Both the position numbers and the translations under genes were made by a program. From Acidobacteriota bacterium (GTDB lineage: Bacteria > Acidobacteriota > Polarisedimenticolia > J045): a DNA stretch of 64,000 nt. Under the pieces are notes generated by a model. It did no database searches, had not been told where the DNA came from, and was given only the letters and a program-made list of their open reading frames with translations. The stretch covers positions 622 to 64,621 of the forward strand of contig JALOKP010000007.1 of the NCBI GenBank assembly GCA_025456425.1. Reading direction: 5' to 3'. Position 1 is the stretch's first letter; each line of letters opens with the position of its first letter. Below, piece after piece: positions 21,566 through 31,475 of the stretch.

Positions 21566-21700
21566 GTCACGCGACCCGAACAGGGAGCGGGACTCCTCGA
21601 CGGCCAACTCGCACGTCCGGAGGCTGCTCGTCATCAACCCAGGACCGATGATCACTCCGCCTTGGATCGGAACCACAGTGACACGTGGCGCGCGGGTCAT
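21566..21700 (-). pseudogene. HicA-like remnant with an internal deletion (3' end uncertain; the frame stays open to 21290)
   Basis: ATG 21700 overlaps the hicB stop (ATGA). MTRAPRVTVVPIQGGVIIGPGLMTSSLRTCELAVEES resembles the HicA N-terminus (MprlPrV) joined directly to the C-terminus (tvVP.H.g..i.pGtLrsilr.agLsvEE). The GSH core is missing. Confidence 0.4.
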
Positions 21701-21912
21701 GAGGCGAGCGTGATCTTCCGGATTTCGATGAAGTCGAGCGCTTCCGCTTCGTCTCCTTCGGCCTCGAGGCAGAGCTCGATGGCTTCCCTCACCCGCTCCA
21801 TGAGTTCGTCGACGGAGCGAGCCTGCGTATGGCAGCCCCGGAGCCCGGGCACGGTGGCGACGTAGTAGCCCTCCGAATCGCGCTCGATGACGACGTGGAA
21901 CTCTCGGGGCAT
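21697..21912 (-). CDS. hicB: HicB-like (UPF0150) antitoxin
   Basis: ATG 21912. MPREFHVVIERDSEGYYVATVPGLRGCHTQARSVDELMERVREAIELCLEAEGDE. Confidence 0.8.
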   Translation of the reverse strand: MPREFHVVIERDSEGYYVATVPGLRGCHTQARSVDELMERVREAIELCLEAEGDEAEALDFIEIRKITLAS

Positions 21913-22072
21913 CGGCCGCCCTCCCGAGGGCAAGTGTACCGCCGGAGCGGGACCGGGGCCGCTCCCCGCTGGGCGGAGAGACCTGTCGTCGGTCGAGCTG
22001 TTGCTCATGGGGTGAGTGTCCGCGCCGGTCGCCCCGCGCGCCAGATGCTGCGTTGCTACAGCGGGACGGAGG

Positions 22073-22912
22073 CTACGCCGCCCGGAACTCCCGCTCGAAC
22101 GGCCCCACCACCCGCCCCTCCGCCGTCGTGTCCGCGATCGCGAACACGACCCGCCGGTACGCCCCCCGGAACGGCCCCTCCAGCGCCTCGCGGAACAGCC
22201 GCGCGACCAGCGCGGGATCGCCGCCGAACGCCCCGCACCCCCACGCCCCCAGCACCATCGCGTCCCGGCCGTGGACCGCGCCCAGCGCCAGCACCCGCGC
22301 GATCCGCGACCGGAACGCCGGCTCGACCTCGCCCAGCCGCCGCGGCGCGAACCGCGCCAGCGCCGCGGTGTACGGCGCGGCGCAGGTCACGATCGTGCAC
22401 GGGTACGGGCTCTCCAGCAGCCGGTGATCGTCCCCGCGGAACACCGGCACGTCGGGCGACCAGATCGCCCAGTCGCTGTACAGGTCGTCGCCCTGCTCCG
22501 CGTGGAAGGCGTACATCCGGCGCCCGACCAGGCACGCAAACAACGCCGACGAGCGGGCCAGCGACTCCTCCTGCGCGCGGGCGCCGCCGAGGAACCCGCC
22601 GCCCGGGGAGACCGCGGAGGCGAAGTTGAGCGCGGCCGCGGCGTAGCCGTCGGCGAGGAGGAGGCGGGCGGCGGCCAGCGTGGACTCGCGGGTCACCTCG
22701 ATGCGAGTGGCGTGGGGGCCGGGGGCGGCGGTCGGGAGGTCGGAGTCGGGCGGGTACTCGACCGTGCGCTCGACGGCGGAGGCGATGGCGGAGTGGAGGT
22801 CGACGCGGGTGCCGGAGGGGGCGGTGTAGGCGGCGGATTCGGTGATGGCGACGGCTTCGCGGCCGAGGGCGGCGGCGAGGCTTCGCGGTATCAGCGGATC
22901 GAAGCTACTCAT
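22073..22912 (-). CDS. TIGR02452-family macro-domain protein (microbial PARG-like ADP-ribose hydrolase fold)
   Basis: 279 aa. ALNFASAVSPGGGFLGGARAQEESLARSSALF and VLGAWGCGAFGGDP are the family signatures. Confidence 0.8.
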   Translation of the reverse strand: MSSFDPLIPRSLAAALGREAVAITESAAYTAPSGTRVDLHSAIASAVERTVEYPPDSDLPTAAPGPHATRIEVTRESTLAAARLLLADGYAAAALNFASAVSPGGGFLGGARAQEESLARSSALFACLVGRRMYAFHAEQGDDLYSDWAIWSPDVPVFRGDDHRLLESPYPCTIVTCAAPYTAALARFAPRRLGEVEPAFRSRIARVLALGAVHGRDAMVLGAWGCGAFGGDPALVARLFREALEGPFRGAYRRVVFAIADTTAEGRVVGPFEREFRAA

Positions 22913-22975
22913 GATGAGAGTCTGGCACCATACGGGCGGAAAAGCGCCACGATGCGGCGCCGCGCTCGGGTCCAG

Positions 22976-23908
22976 CTAGTTTCCTGTCGCGAGTACCGCC
23001 TCCGCTGGCGCGGTCGTTCCATCATGAGACGGAGCCGGGTATCCACCACCTCGAAGCGCGCACTCCGGGAGCCGATGCGCATCGCGCGCCACGAGCCTCC
23101 CCGCGGACGCCGTGCGACCCGCCCGAGTCTCTCCCTGGTAGGTAACGCTCGTCAGGTAGTAGACCGCTTTGCCGGGGGCCGGCGTGGGCGCGGCGTCCGG
23201 ATACGAGAGGTATTCGCCGGGCTGGGGCCAGTGCCCGGGATAGGCGCACTGCAGCGGACGCGCCGCGGACAGGTCCAGCGGCCGCGTGACGTTTCCCCAG
23301 TAGGTATCGAACCGGTCAGCGTCGCGCAAGCCCTCCGGGCGCCAGGGCCTTCGGAATCCAACGCTCTGAGTTTCCGACGAGAATGAATCAAAGACGTCAA
23401 GGAGTGTCGTGAAGCCACGCACGGAGTCCCAGTGGTGGGAGTCGTATCCAGCGGGGCATGCATCGCAAGCAGTCTCTGCAACCCATGACAGGGTTCCGCT
23501 CACCGGGTCGAACACGACTCCGGAGCGCGCAGCATCCGCACCGTACCGATCTGCTGTGTCTGGAACTGCCCCGCACCGATCATCGATTCTCCCCAACACG
23601 ACTGCAGCTCCGCTACCGTTCCAGGCCACCAACTCCGTTCGGCGGAGCTCGAAAGAGCGCATTCCACCGCAACGCTCGTAGCTCAGGGGAACGACGCGGA
23701 TCGTGAGTAGGCGGCCCTGGTTGTCGTACACCTGCCCAGGGTTCATCCCATCCCTGTAACCCACTTCAATCTCCGCAGAGCGGGTCCCATGGAGGCCAGG
23801 CTCATCAAACACCCAGTCGTCCGGGCCGAGCGGTTGCCCCGGCTGACTCGCGCTGGCGAAAGGCACGAGCACCAATGACGCGACCAAGAATGCGACCGTC
23901 CGGCACAT
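22976..23908 (-). CDS. Secreted hypothetical protein carrying the shared C-terminal module (lower-GC gene)
   Basis: ATG 23908. The signal peptide is MCRTVAFLVASLVLVPFASASQ. The C-terminal half DRFDTYWGNVTRPL...C...KAVYYLTSVTYQGETRAG...C aligns by eye with the tails of four other exported proteins. Confidence 0.7.
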   Translation of the reverse strand: MCRTVAFLVASLVLVPFASASQPGQPLGPDDWVFDEPGLHGTRSAEIEVGYRDGMNPGQVYDNQGRLLTIRVVPLSYERCGGMRSFELRRTELVAWNGSGAAVVLGRIDDRCGAVPDTADRYGADAARSGVVFDPVSGTLSWVAETACDACPAGYDSHHWDSVRGFTTLLDVFDSFSSETQSVGFRRPWRPEGLRDADRFDTYWGNVTRPLDLSAARPLQCAYPGHWPQPGEYLSYPDAAPTPAPGKAVYYLTSVTYQGETRAGRTASAGRLVARDAHRLPECALRGGGYPAPSHDGTTAPAEAVLATGN

Positions 23909-24090
23909 GGCAACACCCACTGAGGAAGAAGAGCACTCGAGGATGCGCGGCACTGTAGGACCGCCCACGATTTGCCTCCCCTCGTCTCTGTTGGGTCGGG
24001 AGCGTCCTGCGCTGTCGCTCTCTCTGTGTCGTACCGGGGCCGAACCGCCCTCCCGGCAGTCCGGCCCCGGCGGGCTCCCCCACCCCGACC

Positions 24091-27000
24091 TCACTCCACG
24101 ATGAACACGCGCGCCGGCACCGACCCCAGGCGCCGCCCCAGCACGTCCTGCCCCTCGATCTTGATCCAGATGGCGCCGTCGGGGTTGCGGCGCGCCAGAC
24201 CCTTCACCTCGGACCAGGTGCCGACCGAGGTGTTGTAGCCGCTGCCGGTGATCGTCAGGCCGCGGCCGGAGGCGACGGTCGAGCCGCTCATCGAGGCGTT
24301 GGTGCCGAAGATTATGCGGAACGACTGGTTGTGCGCCTTGTCCCACTGGATTCCGATCCGGTCGTAGCCGGCCCAGATCACCGACTCAGGGCTCGGGAAG
24401 AGCAGCACCGGGGCCATCGGCGCACTGAGCACCATGCGGCGCACCGAAGTCGTGCCGGTGCGGCCGCCGTTGCCCAGAACGCGCCAGTAGACCGCGCGGC
24501 CGGGCGCGTTGGCCGCCAGCTTGAGGATCTGGCGCCACATCGCCTCGCCCGGCACGTAGCTCGAACCCGGGCGCCACGGCGAGCGGATCACCGTCCCCCC
24601 GAAGCTCGGGCTGGCCGACCACTCGACGCGGAACCGCGTCGGGCCGCGCGGCCACCAGGAGAAGCTCATCGGGCGCGAGTCGGGGAAGACCGCCTGGTCA
24701 GGCATCGGTAGGTCGACGTCGAACGGCTCGCAGGCGTTGCCGGTCCCATCCTGGTCGCGGTCGGCCTGGTCGGGGTCGAAGTGGTTCGGGCAGATGTCGC
24801 AGGCGTCGCCGATCGCGTCGTTGTCCAGGTCCTGCTGGTTCGGGTTGGCCACGCTCGCGCAGTTGTCGCAGGCGTCGCCGCGCCCGTCGGTGTCGCCGTC
24901 CTCCTGGAGCCGATTCGCCCGGAGGGGGCAGTTGTCGCAGGCCTCGCCCAGGCCGTCGCCGTCGCTGTCGCGCTGGTCGGCGTTGGGGACCTCGAGGCAG
25001 TTGTCGCAGACGTCGCCTACGCCCTCGCCGTCCAGGTCCTCCTGGTGATCGTTCACGTCCCGGGGGCAGTTGTCGCAGGCGTCCCCGTAGCGGTCGCGAT
25101 CGGTGTTGGCCTGGGTGGGGTTCGGGACGGAGATGCAGTTGTCGGCGGTGTCGTTGATCGTGTCGCCGTCCGAGTCCGCCTGCGAGACGTAGGTGCGGAC
25201 CTCGGCCTCGGTCGGGGCCTTGGACGGCAGGCTGATCCAGCGGCCGCGCGGGAAGAGCGGGTCCTTCTGGATCGTGCGCACGCGCCAGCGGTAGGGTGTG
25301 CCGTAGTCGAGGCCGACGACCTCGCCGCGCAGCGGCTCGACGCCGGTGCCGGCGCTCGCGGGACGCACCCAGTCCGACCGCCCGTGCGTCGCCTCCACGA
25401 ACGGCGCGTCGTCCGGGCCGGCCAGCTCGATCGCGTCGACCTGCCACTCCAGCGCGACCGTCTGCCGCCCCGCCGCCATCTGCGGGACCAGGCTCAGGCT
25501 GAAGCCGAAAGTGCTCGACGACATGCCGCCGGGCCCCAGCTCGCGACCGGTGTTGGTGTCCCACTGCCGGGGCAGGGCCAGCCGTCCCGGCCCGTAGTTG
25601 CCGTGCAGCACGAGGACCGCGGGGAACCCGTCCGCGCCGAAGGCGTCCGCGGCGACGAGCATGTCGCCCACGCCGTCGCCGTCGACGTCGCCACCCGTCG
25701 CCACGCTCCGCCCGACCCCGAACGACGAGGCCTCGGCGAAGAAGAAGTCCGGGTCGGCCTGCAGGCCGGACGGGCCGCCGTAGAACAGGACCGCGCCGCC
25801 ACCGACCGGCTCGCCCGGGGGGCGCGCCGCGAGATCGAGGTCCGCGATCCCCATCAGCACGTCGCTGTAGCCGTCGGCGTTGACGTCGCCGACCGCCGAG
25901 ATCGACGAGGCCAGCGTGCCGCCGTCGTAGCCTGCGGCGCCACCGAAGGCGTCCCAGCGCGCGAGTTCCACGGACCAGCTGCCCAGCTGCGGCAGCCCTT
26001 CCGCCGAGCCCAGGAACAGCTCGGCGCGCCCGAAGGACGTCCCGTCCGTCGTGTACTCCGGCGCCGCGACCAGCACGTCGGAGTAGCCGTCGCCGTTGAC
26101 GTCGCCGGCGGGAGCGGCGAGCAGCGCGTAGCCGATCCCCAGCTCCTCGCGCTCGGCGGCCCAGGCCGGCGCCGCGTCCAGGCCGCGGCTCGAGCCGCGG
26201 AAGAGCAGCGCGCGGCCGCGGCGGGCCAGGTCGTGATCCAGGTTGGTGGAGGCTGCGAGCAGGTCGTCGTAGCCGTCCGCGTCGACGTCGCCGGCCAGCG
26301 CCACGACCTCGCCGATCTCGCCGCCGGCGCGGTCGCCGCGCCACTGCCAGCCCGGGCTCGTCGACAGCCCCCCGGCCCGGCCGAGGAAGACCGCGACGCG
26401 GCCGTCGTCGGTGGCCAGGTAGTCGTAGCCCGGGGCGCCGACCGCCAGGTCCAGCAGCCCGTCGCCGTTGACGTCGATCGGCCCGGCGATCGAGCTGCCG
26501 AAGCGCTCGCCCACCTGGGCCGCGAAGAGCGTGGTCGAGGGCGTGGCCGGCAGCCCCGCGGGCCCGCCGCGGAACACGAAGACCGCGCCGGAGTCCTGGC
26601 TCCCCGTCCCCGCCGCGTGACCCGGCGCGCCGATCGCGACGTCGCCGTAGCCGTCGCCGTCCAGGTCGCCCAGCCGCGCCAGCGCCGCGCCGAAGCGCGC
26701 CCCCGGCACGCCCGGCGAGTAGGTCCACTCCGGCTCGGGCGGCGGCAGGGCCTCGGCACTCGCCGCGCGCCCGCGGTACAGCCACACGCGGCCCGCCTCG
26801 CTCGACCACTGCGGGGCCGCGACGAGGAGGTCGCCCAGCCCGTCGCCGTCGACGTCGCCGGCCATCAGGACGGTGAGCGGACCGTGCGCCGAACTGAGGA
26901 GCGGCTGGATCGCGTGCGAGTCGGGCGCGGGCAGCCGGCCCGCGCTTCCGCCGCCGCCGCCGCCGCCGTCCCCGCCGGACGAGGCACCGCTCAGCCCACC

Positions 27001-28434
27001 GGCACCCAGGTAGACGAACACGCGGCCGCCGTCCGCGGCGTCGCCGTTGCCCGCGCTGGGCTCTCCGACCGCCACGTCGCCGTAGCCGTCGCCGTCCACG
27101 TCACCCGCGCTGGCAACCATGTAGCCGAAGAACGCCGCCTCTTCGGTCCCGTCGAGGACCAGCGGGGCGGGGCGCTCCGCGCCGCGGCGCGCGCCCAGGA
27201 ACAGCGTGGCGCGGCCGACGTCCGCGACCGCCTCGGCGTCCGCCGAGTCGCGGCCCGGCTCGCCGACGACCAGGTCGGCCAGGCCGTCGCCGTTCACGTC
27301 GCCGGCGGTCGAGATGCTCGCGCCGAAGCGGAAGGGCTCGCTCGAGGCCGCGGGGTTCTCGTGGTCGGCCGCGACGGCGCTCCACAGCGCCACCAGCGCC
27401 GGCGGCTCGCCGCCCAGGCCGAAGACGACGACGCGCCCGGTCCGGCCGCCGTCGCCGACGGGGTGGTCCGGAGCGCCGACCGCCAGGTCCGACAGGCCGT
27501 CGCCGTCGACGTCTCCCGCGCGCGCCACGACCTGCCCGAAGCGGGCGCCCGTGACGCCCTCGGCGTCCTCCAGCGTCGTCATGGACTGGGGCGAGCTGCC
27601 GCCGGGACGGCCGCGGTAGACCAGCACGCGGCCCCGGTCGAGGCCCGGCGCGCCGACCGCGATGTCGTCCAGCCCGTCGCCGTCGACGTCGCCGACGCCG
27701 ACGACGGAGCTGCCGAACTGGGCGCCGACCGCGTAGCCCGCCGCGCTCCAGGACGGGAGCAGCGCCAGGCCGCTCGCGCTGCCCAGGTAGAGCGCCGCGC
27801 GACCCGTGGCGGAGCCGTGCATCGGCGAGCCGACCAGCACGTCCGCGAAGCCGTCGCCGTTGACGTCGCCGGCGGCCGCGACGGAAGCGCCCAGCCGCTC
27901 GCCGGACTGCGTCCCTTCGACCGACCACGCGGGCAGCGGCCCCAGGCCGTCGGGCGAGCCCAGGAAGAGCAGGGCGCGGCCCGCGTTGGTGTGGCCGTTA
28001 TCCCAGTCCGGCGCGGCCACGAGGAGGTCGTCGAAGCCGTCGCCGTTGACGTCGCCGGCCGCGGCGAGCGCCAGGCCGAGGTGCGCGCCGTACTGGCCCG
28101 CGCCGTAGCTCCACGCCGGCTCGACCTTCGGCCCCTCCGCGCTGCCGTAGTGGACGACGATCCGCCCCTCGTCGAGCCGCTCGCCGTCGTGCCACGGCGC
28201 CGCGACGACGAGGTCGGTGTAGCCGTCGCCGTTCAGGTCGCCGGCGGCCGACACGCCCTCGCCGAGATGCGCGTGGGGCTGCAGGCCGTCGAGCCCCCAG
28301 TCGGGGGCCACGGGCGGCGCGCCCGTCGCGAGCGGACCGGCAGCCGGGCCCGCCAGAGCCGGGCCGCCGAGAACCGCGAGGAGAACGAACAGACGGAGAA
28401 CGAGACCACAGACCGCACGCCTGCGCAGGACCAT
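24091..28434 (-). CDS. Secreted giant FG-GAP (integrin-alpha-like) repeat protein with thrombospondin type-3 repeats
   Basis: Likely start is MVLRRRAVCGLVLRLFVLLAVLGGPALAG (ATG 28434). There are more than 20 repeats of FG.S(V/L)A.AGDVNGDG(Y/F)xD(L/V)(L/V)VGAP, then 6-7 DxDxDGxGDxCDNCP units. Confidence 0.85.
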   Translation of the reverse strand: MVLRRRAVCGLVLRLFVLLAVLGGPALAGPAAGPLATGAPPVAPDWGLDGLQPHAHLGEGVSAAGDLNGDGYTDLVVAAPWHDGERLDEGRIVVHYGSAEGPKVEPAWSYGAGQYGAHLGLALAAAGDVNGDGFDDLLVAAPDWDNGHTNAGRALLFLGSPDGLGPLPAWSVEGTQSGERLGASVAAAGDVNGDGFADVLVGSPMHGSATGRAALYLGSASGLALLPSWSAAGYAVGAQFGSSVVGVGDVDGDGLDDIAVGAPGLDRGRVLVYRGRPGGSSPQSMTTLEDAEGVTGARFGQVVARAGDVDGDGLSDLAVGAPDHPVGDGGRTGRVVVFGLGGEPPALVALWSAVAADHENPAASSEPFRFGASISTAGDVNGDGLADLVVGEPGRDSADAEAVADVGRATLFLGARRGAERPAPLVLDGTEEAAFFGYMVASAGDVDGDGYGDVAVGEPSAGNGDAADGGRVFVYLGAGGLSGASSGGDGGGGGGGSAGRLPAPDSHAIQPLLSSAHGPLTVLMAGDVDGDGLGDLLVAAPQWSSEAGRVWLYRGRAASAEALPPPEPEWTYSPGVPGARFGAALARLGDLDGDGYGDVAIGAPGHAAGTGSQDSGAVFVFRGGPAGLPATPSTTLFAAQVGERFGSSIAGPIDVNGDGLLDLAVGAPGYDYLATDDGRVAVFLGRAGGLSTSPGWQWRGDRAGGEIGEVVALAGDVDADGYDDLLAASTNLDHDLARRGRALLFRGSSRGLDAAPAWAAEREELGIGYALLAAPAGDVNGDGYSDVLVAAPEYTTDGTSFGRAELFLGSAEGLPQLGSWSVELARWDAFGGAAGYDGGTLASSISAVGDVNADGYSDVLMGIADLDLAARPPGEPVGGGAVLFYGGPSGLQADPDFFFAEASSFGVGRSVATGGDVDGDGVGDMLVAADAFGADGFPAVLVLHGNYGPGRLALPRQWDTNTGRELGPGGMSSSTFGFSLSLVPQMAAGRQTVALEWQVDAIELAGPDDAPFVEATHGRSDWVRPASAGTGVEPLRGEVVGLDYGTPYRWRVRTIQKDPLFPRGRWISLPSKAPTEAEVRTYVSQADSDGDTINDTADNCISVPNPTQANTDRDRYGDACDNCPRDVNDHQEDLDGEGVGDVCDNCLEVPNADQRDSDGDGLGEACDNCPLRANRLQEDGDTDGRGDACDNCASVANPNQQDLDNDAIGDACDICPNHFDPDQADRDQDGTGNACEPFDVDLPMPDQAVFPDSRPMSFSWWPRGPTRFRVEWSASPSFGGTVIRSPWRPGSSYVPGEAMWRQILKLAANAPGRAVYWRVLGNGGRTGTTSVRRMVLSAPMAPVLLFPSPESVIWAGYDRIGIQWDKAHNQSFRIIFGTNASMSGSTVASGRGLTITGSGYNTSVGTWSEVKGLARRNPDGAIWIKIEGQDVLGRRLGSVPARVFIVE
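24727..25177 (-). repeat. Coding thrombospondin type-3 (calcium-binding) repeats
   Basis: Periodic ...gcagttgtcgcaggcgtcgcc... at the DNA level, which is (D.D.DG.GDACDNC) at the protein level. Confidence 0.8.
26948..26968 (-). repeat. (CCG)7 trinucleotide run encoding poly-Gly inside the FG-GAP gene
   Basis: Read directly. It is translated as SGGDGGGGGGGSAG. Confidence 0.8.
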
Positions 28435-28641
28435 CGGTACCCCCTCGGGATGGCACCCCAATGGCCGTCCCGGCTCCGGAACGCGGGGCTCGCGTTCGAG
28501 GGGGAATCTGGGTTCCGGGGGGGTGGGGGGCAAGGCGAGGGGGGCTTACGCGATGTGCGAATCGACTATTGCGCGCGAGGGCCTGGACGGCCCGCCCCCG
28601 CGCGGCCTCGGTCGCACGGGGCGGGGATCGCGGCTCGCGAT

Positions 28642-30582
28642 CTAGGGACACGGGCGCGTGTTGGCCCTCTCCGTGCCGTCGGACCGCGTGCCGAGTGAGC
28701 TCTCGCCTCCGGCGGACGAGCCAGACACCAGGTAGAAGTTCGCCCCCGAGGCGGACGGCCTGCGGGAATCCGCCTGGGAGTTCCCAGACAGCGCGCACCA
28801 GCTGGCCGCCTCCGGCTCGGCTCCGGGGTCCTGCGTGTACTCCCCCGTCGCCAGCAGCCGGGCCACGCTCCCCCGATACAGGTTGAACCGGTCGAACGTC
28901 ACCTCGTCCTGCCATTCGACAGCCCCACCCTTGGTCAACCGCGTGAAGTACAGGGCGGAGTCATCCAAGTCGCACATGTCGCCCTGGCGATCCCCGTCGC
29001 GGTCGAACTGGTCGGCGTTCCGGTACGCGACGCAGTTGTCGCAGGCGTCGCCCACAAGATCACCGTCCGTATCCGACTGGCTCGGGTTGAACTCCGTGAC
29101 GCAGTTGTCGCACTCGTCACCGTAGCCGTCCCCGTCGGCGTTCGTCTGTGCGGGGTTGGGTAGGAGCACGCAGTTGTCGCAGGCGTTGCCGGCCCCGTCC
29201 GCATCCTCATCGAGCTGCAGGGAATTCGGGATATGCGCGCAGTTGTCGCAGGCGTCTGGCACGGTGTCTTGATCGGAGTCAGCCCCCAAGGGCCCGTCAT
29301 CGACCGTCCCATCGCAGTCGTCGTCGACGCCATTGCAGGATTCGGTGGCTCCTGGGCGGCGGGTCGCGTCTAAGTCGTCGCAGTCACCGGCGCACGAGGA
29401 GATCCCGTCACTGTCCGCATCTACCTCTGCCGGCGGTAGAAGCGGCCAGATGGGGTCATCGCAGTCGTTGTTCCTCCCATCACACGAGTCGAAGGCTCCG
29501 GGATGCGTTGTAGGATCGCCTGGTTCGCAGTCCACAGCGTCTCCGTAGCCGTCGCTGTCGGCGTCGATGCCATAGACCCAAGTATCGTTGCGGACTCCAT
29601 CTGTGCAGTAGTCGAATCCTCCGAAGAGGACGATCACTCCCATGTGTTCCGCATAGGCAGTCGTCGCTTGGTTCATCTGCCTCGCATCGGGAACTGGCGC
29701 CAGTTCGTTCTGATACTCGCAGGAGGATCCGTCCCACTCGAAAGTGGGCATGAAGGTCACTGGGGATGGCCACAGCTGGGAAGGACCCATGAACCTATTC
29801 CGGACGGGATCGTAGTCGAGGATTCCCGCGGCGCAGTCCAGGTTGTCAATCCAGGTGTAGTCAACCCCGTCGTAGCTCCAAGCCTGTCGCCAATCGAACA
29901 CTAGTACCCGCTCAGTTGGGGGATGCCAAAGCAGCCGAGGCGCGTCGAATGCCGGCAGCGCTGTGGGAGTGTGGACCTGTATCCAGTCGACACCGTCGTA
30001 CTCCCAGGTCGTATTGGGGCGCAGGCATGGATCGGCCTTCCCGTCGCTGGTCCGCAGGACGATGACGCCCCGGTGCTCATCGAATGCCATGCCACCGCCG
30101 TTGCAGTAGCCGGGGGAATTCGCCGTGGAAGCGAGGTACCAGTTCGTACCGTCGTACTCCCAAGTGTCGCCCATCGATCCGGAGCCGGGCCGGTACCCGC
30201 CGAACATGACGACGCGGTTGCGGCGCTTGTCGAAGGCGATAGCTGGGTGGTAGCGGCCGGGGGGAGCGGTCGGAGTGACGACCTCGCGCCACGTCCGGCC
30301 ATCGAACTCCCACGTGAAGTCGGTGCGAGGGGTGCGGTTTTGGCAGTTGACGCCTCCCCCGATGAGGACGACTACTTTTCTGGCCGAGTCGTATATGAGA
30401 ACGTGGTGGAAGCGGGCCGGCGGCGAGTTCGGCGGCGTCAGTTGCCGCCATCGAGCCGCCGGGCTGCCGACCGGACCGCAGCCGCACGCCGGCCAGCCGT
30501 ACTGCGAGTTCAAAGAGATTGCAATTGCCGCGATGCACACTGCAAGGCGGACGGTCGACCGTGACCAGATGGACGGCGTCAT
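28642..30582 (-). CDS. Secreted Kelch-repeat protein with MopE-like motifs, thrombospondin type-3 repeats and the shared C-terminal module
   Basis: ATG 30582, with MTPSIWSRSTVRLAVCIAAIAISL at the N-terminus. Kelch-like RxxHxxxYDxxRxxVVxFGG / WEYDGxxW repeats are present. Also DADSDGYGDAVDCEPGDPTTHPGA..CDGRNNDCD and four DxDxDGxGDxCDNC units. The tail ends NTRPCP. Confidence 0.8.
   Translation of the reverse strand: MTPSIWSRSTVRLAVCIAAIAISLNSQYGWPACGCGPVGSPAARWRQLTPPNSPPARFHHVLIYDSARKVVVLIGGGVNCQNRTPRTDFTWEFDGRTWREVVTPTAPPGRYHPAIAFDKRRNRVVMFGGYRPGSGSMGDTWEYDGTNWYLASTANSPGYCNGGGMAFDEHRGVIVLRTSDGKADPCLRPNTTWEYDGVDWIQVHTPTALPAFDAPRLLWHPPTERVLVFDWRQAWSYDGVDYTWIDNLDCAAGILDYDPVRNRFMGPSQLWPSPVTFMPTFEWDGSSCEYQNELAPVPDARQMNQATTAYAEHMGVIVLFGGFDYCTDGVRNDTWVYGIDADSDGYGDAVDCEPGDPTTHPGAFDSCDGRNNDCDDPIWPLLPPAEVDADSDGISSCAGDCDDLDATRRPGATESCNGVDDDCDGTVDDGPLGADSDQDTVPDACDNCAHIPNSLQLDEDADGAGNACDNCVLLPNPAQTNADGDGYGDECDNCVTEFNPSQSDTDGDLVGDACDNCVAYRNADQFDRDGDRQGDMCDLDDSALYFTRLTKGGAVEWQDEVTFDRFNLYRGSVARLLATGEYTQDPGAEPEAASWCALSGNSQADSRRPSASGANFYLVSGSSAGGESSLGTRSDGTERANTRPCP
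28969..29272 (-). repeat. Coding thrombospondin type-3 repeats
   Basis: Same gcagttgtcgca(g/c)gcgt(c/t)(g/t)cc periodicity as at 24727-25177. Confidence 0.75.
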
Positions 30583-30872
30583 CGCGCTCTCTCCGTGGAT
30601 GCTGGTGCTTGCGCCCGACTCGCGATCCCTTGCCCGGGACCGGACGGGTTTCCCAACCTCTTCTGCGCACTCCCCTTGGGAATCTGGTTCCACGACCCCG
30701 ACCCGTTCAAGGCGCGATGCGAAGGCGCTGACATGGAGGCGGCTAACCCGCTTTCACGCTCGGGTTTTCAGGGGCCCGCGCAAACCGCGCTCCGGCCAAG
30801 ATCGGATGGCCTTCGATACCTCGTCGCTTCTGAGGCCGCGTACCATTCCTGGTCAACCAAGGGAGTTCACGC

Positions 30873-31475
30873 GTGCCTGACTCACTCGGCCCTCTGACGG
30901 CCAGCCGTAAGTCCGGCGCCGAGGCGTTCCACCTCGACGGCGAGACCCTCGCATTCGACGTTCTCGACTTCTGGCGCTGGAGCGGCTCGGATCTGCTCGA
31001 GAACACGCGCCGCGGGATCCTCGCCGAGTACATCGTCGCTCGCGCCCTCGGGATCTCAACCGACTCCGTTCGCGCGGGCTGGTCAGCCTACGATCTCGAG
31101 ACTCCCGACGGAATCCGGATCGAAGTCAAATCCGCAGCCTATCTCCAAAGCTGGGCTCAGCAACGGCTCTCCACGATTCAGTTCGCCATCGCGGAGCGCC
31201 GGGGCTGGAGCGCTGAGACGAACCTGCTCGAGGGTACGCCGAGGCGGCACGCCGACGTGTACGTCTTCGCGCTCCTAGCCCACCAGATCAAGGAAGCCGT
31301 GGACCCGATGAATCTCGCCCAATGGCGATTCTGGGCCGTCCCAACGCCACTGCTCGACGAGCGCGCACGAAGCCAGCACTCGATCACGATTCCGTCGCTG
31401 CGGGCGCTGGCGGGGGAGGGGTGTGGGTTCGCGGAGATTCGCGCGGCAGTGTGCCGATGTGTCGGGGGTCGGTAG
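30873..31475 (+). CDS. Hypothetical protein, predicted PD-(D/E)xK nuclease fold
   Basis: GTG 30873 follows an aagggag SD. AEYIVARALG...WSAYDLETPDGIRIEVKSAAY fits E...D...ExK spacing. No named family recognised. Confidence 0.5.
   Translation: MPDSLGPLTASRKSGAEAFHLDGETLAFDVLDFWRWSGSDLLENTRRGILAEYIVARALGISTDSVRAGWSAYDLETPDGIRIEVKSAAYLQSWAQQRLSTIQFAIAERRGWSAETNLLEGTPRRHADVYVFALLAHQIKEAVDPMNLAQWRFWAVPTPLLDERARSQHSITIPSLRALAGEGCGFAEIRAAVCRCVGGR

Noticed and set aside
24727-25177. Regularly spaced DNA repeats (…gcagttgtcgcaggcgtcgcc…), also at 28969-29272 and 17560-17620, which look superficially CRISPR-like.
   Set aside because: They lie inside long ORFs and encode thrombospondin type-3 DxDxDGxGDxCDNC repeats. 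The 'spacers' are in frame and conserved, and no cas genes are present.
26948-26968. (CCG)7 run as a phase-variation switch in the FG-GAP gene.
   Set aside because: A triplet repeat keeps the reading frame and only changes a poly-Gly linker length, so it is not an on/off contingency locus.
28626-28642. Perfect 7-bp palindrome gatcgcg-gct-cgcgatc abutting the stop of the Kelch/TSP3 gene.
   Set aside because: The stem is short and no U-tract follows on the relevant strand. It may be a weak terminator or chance in GC-rich DNA.
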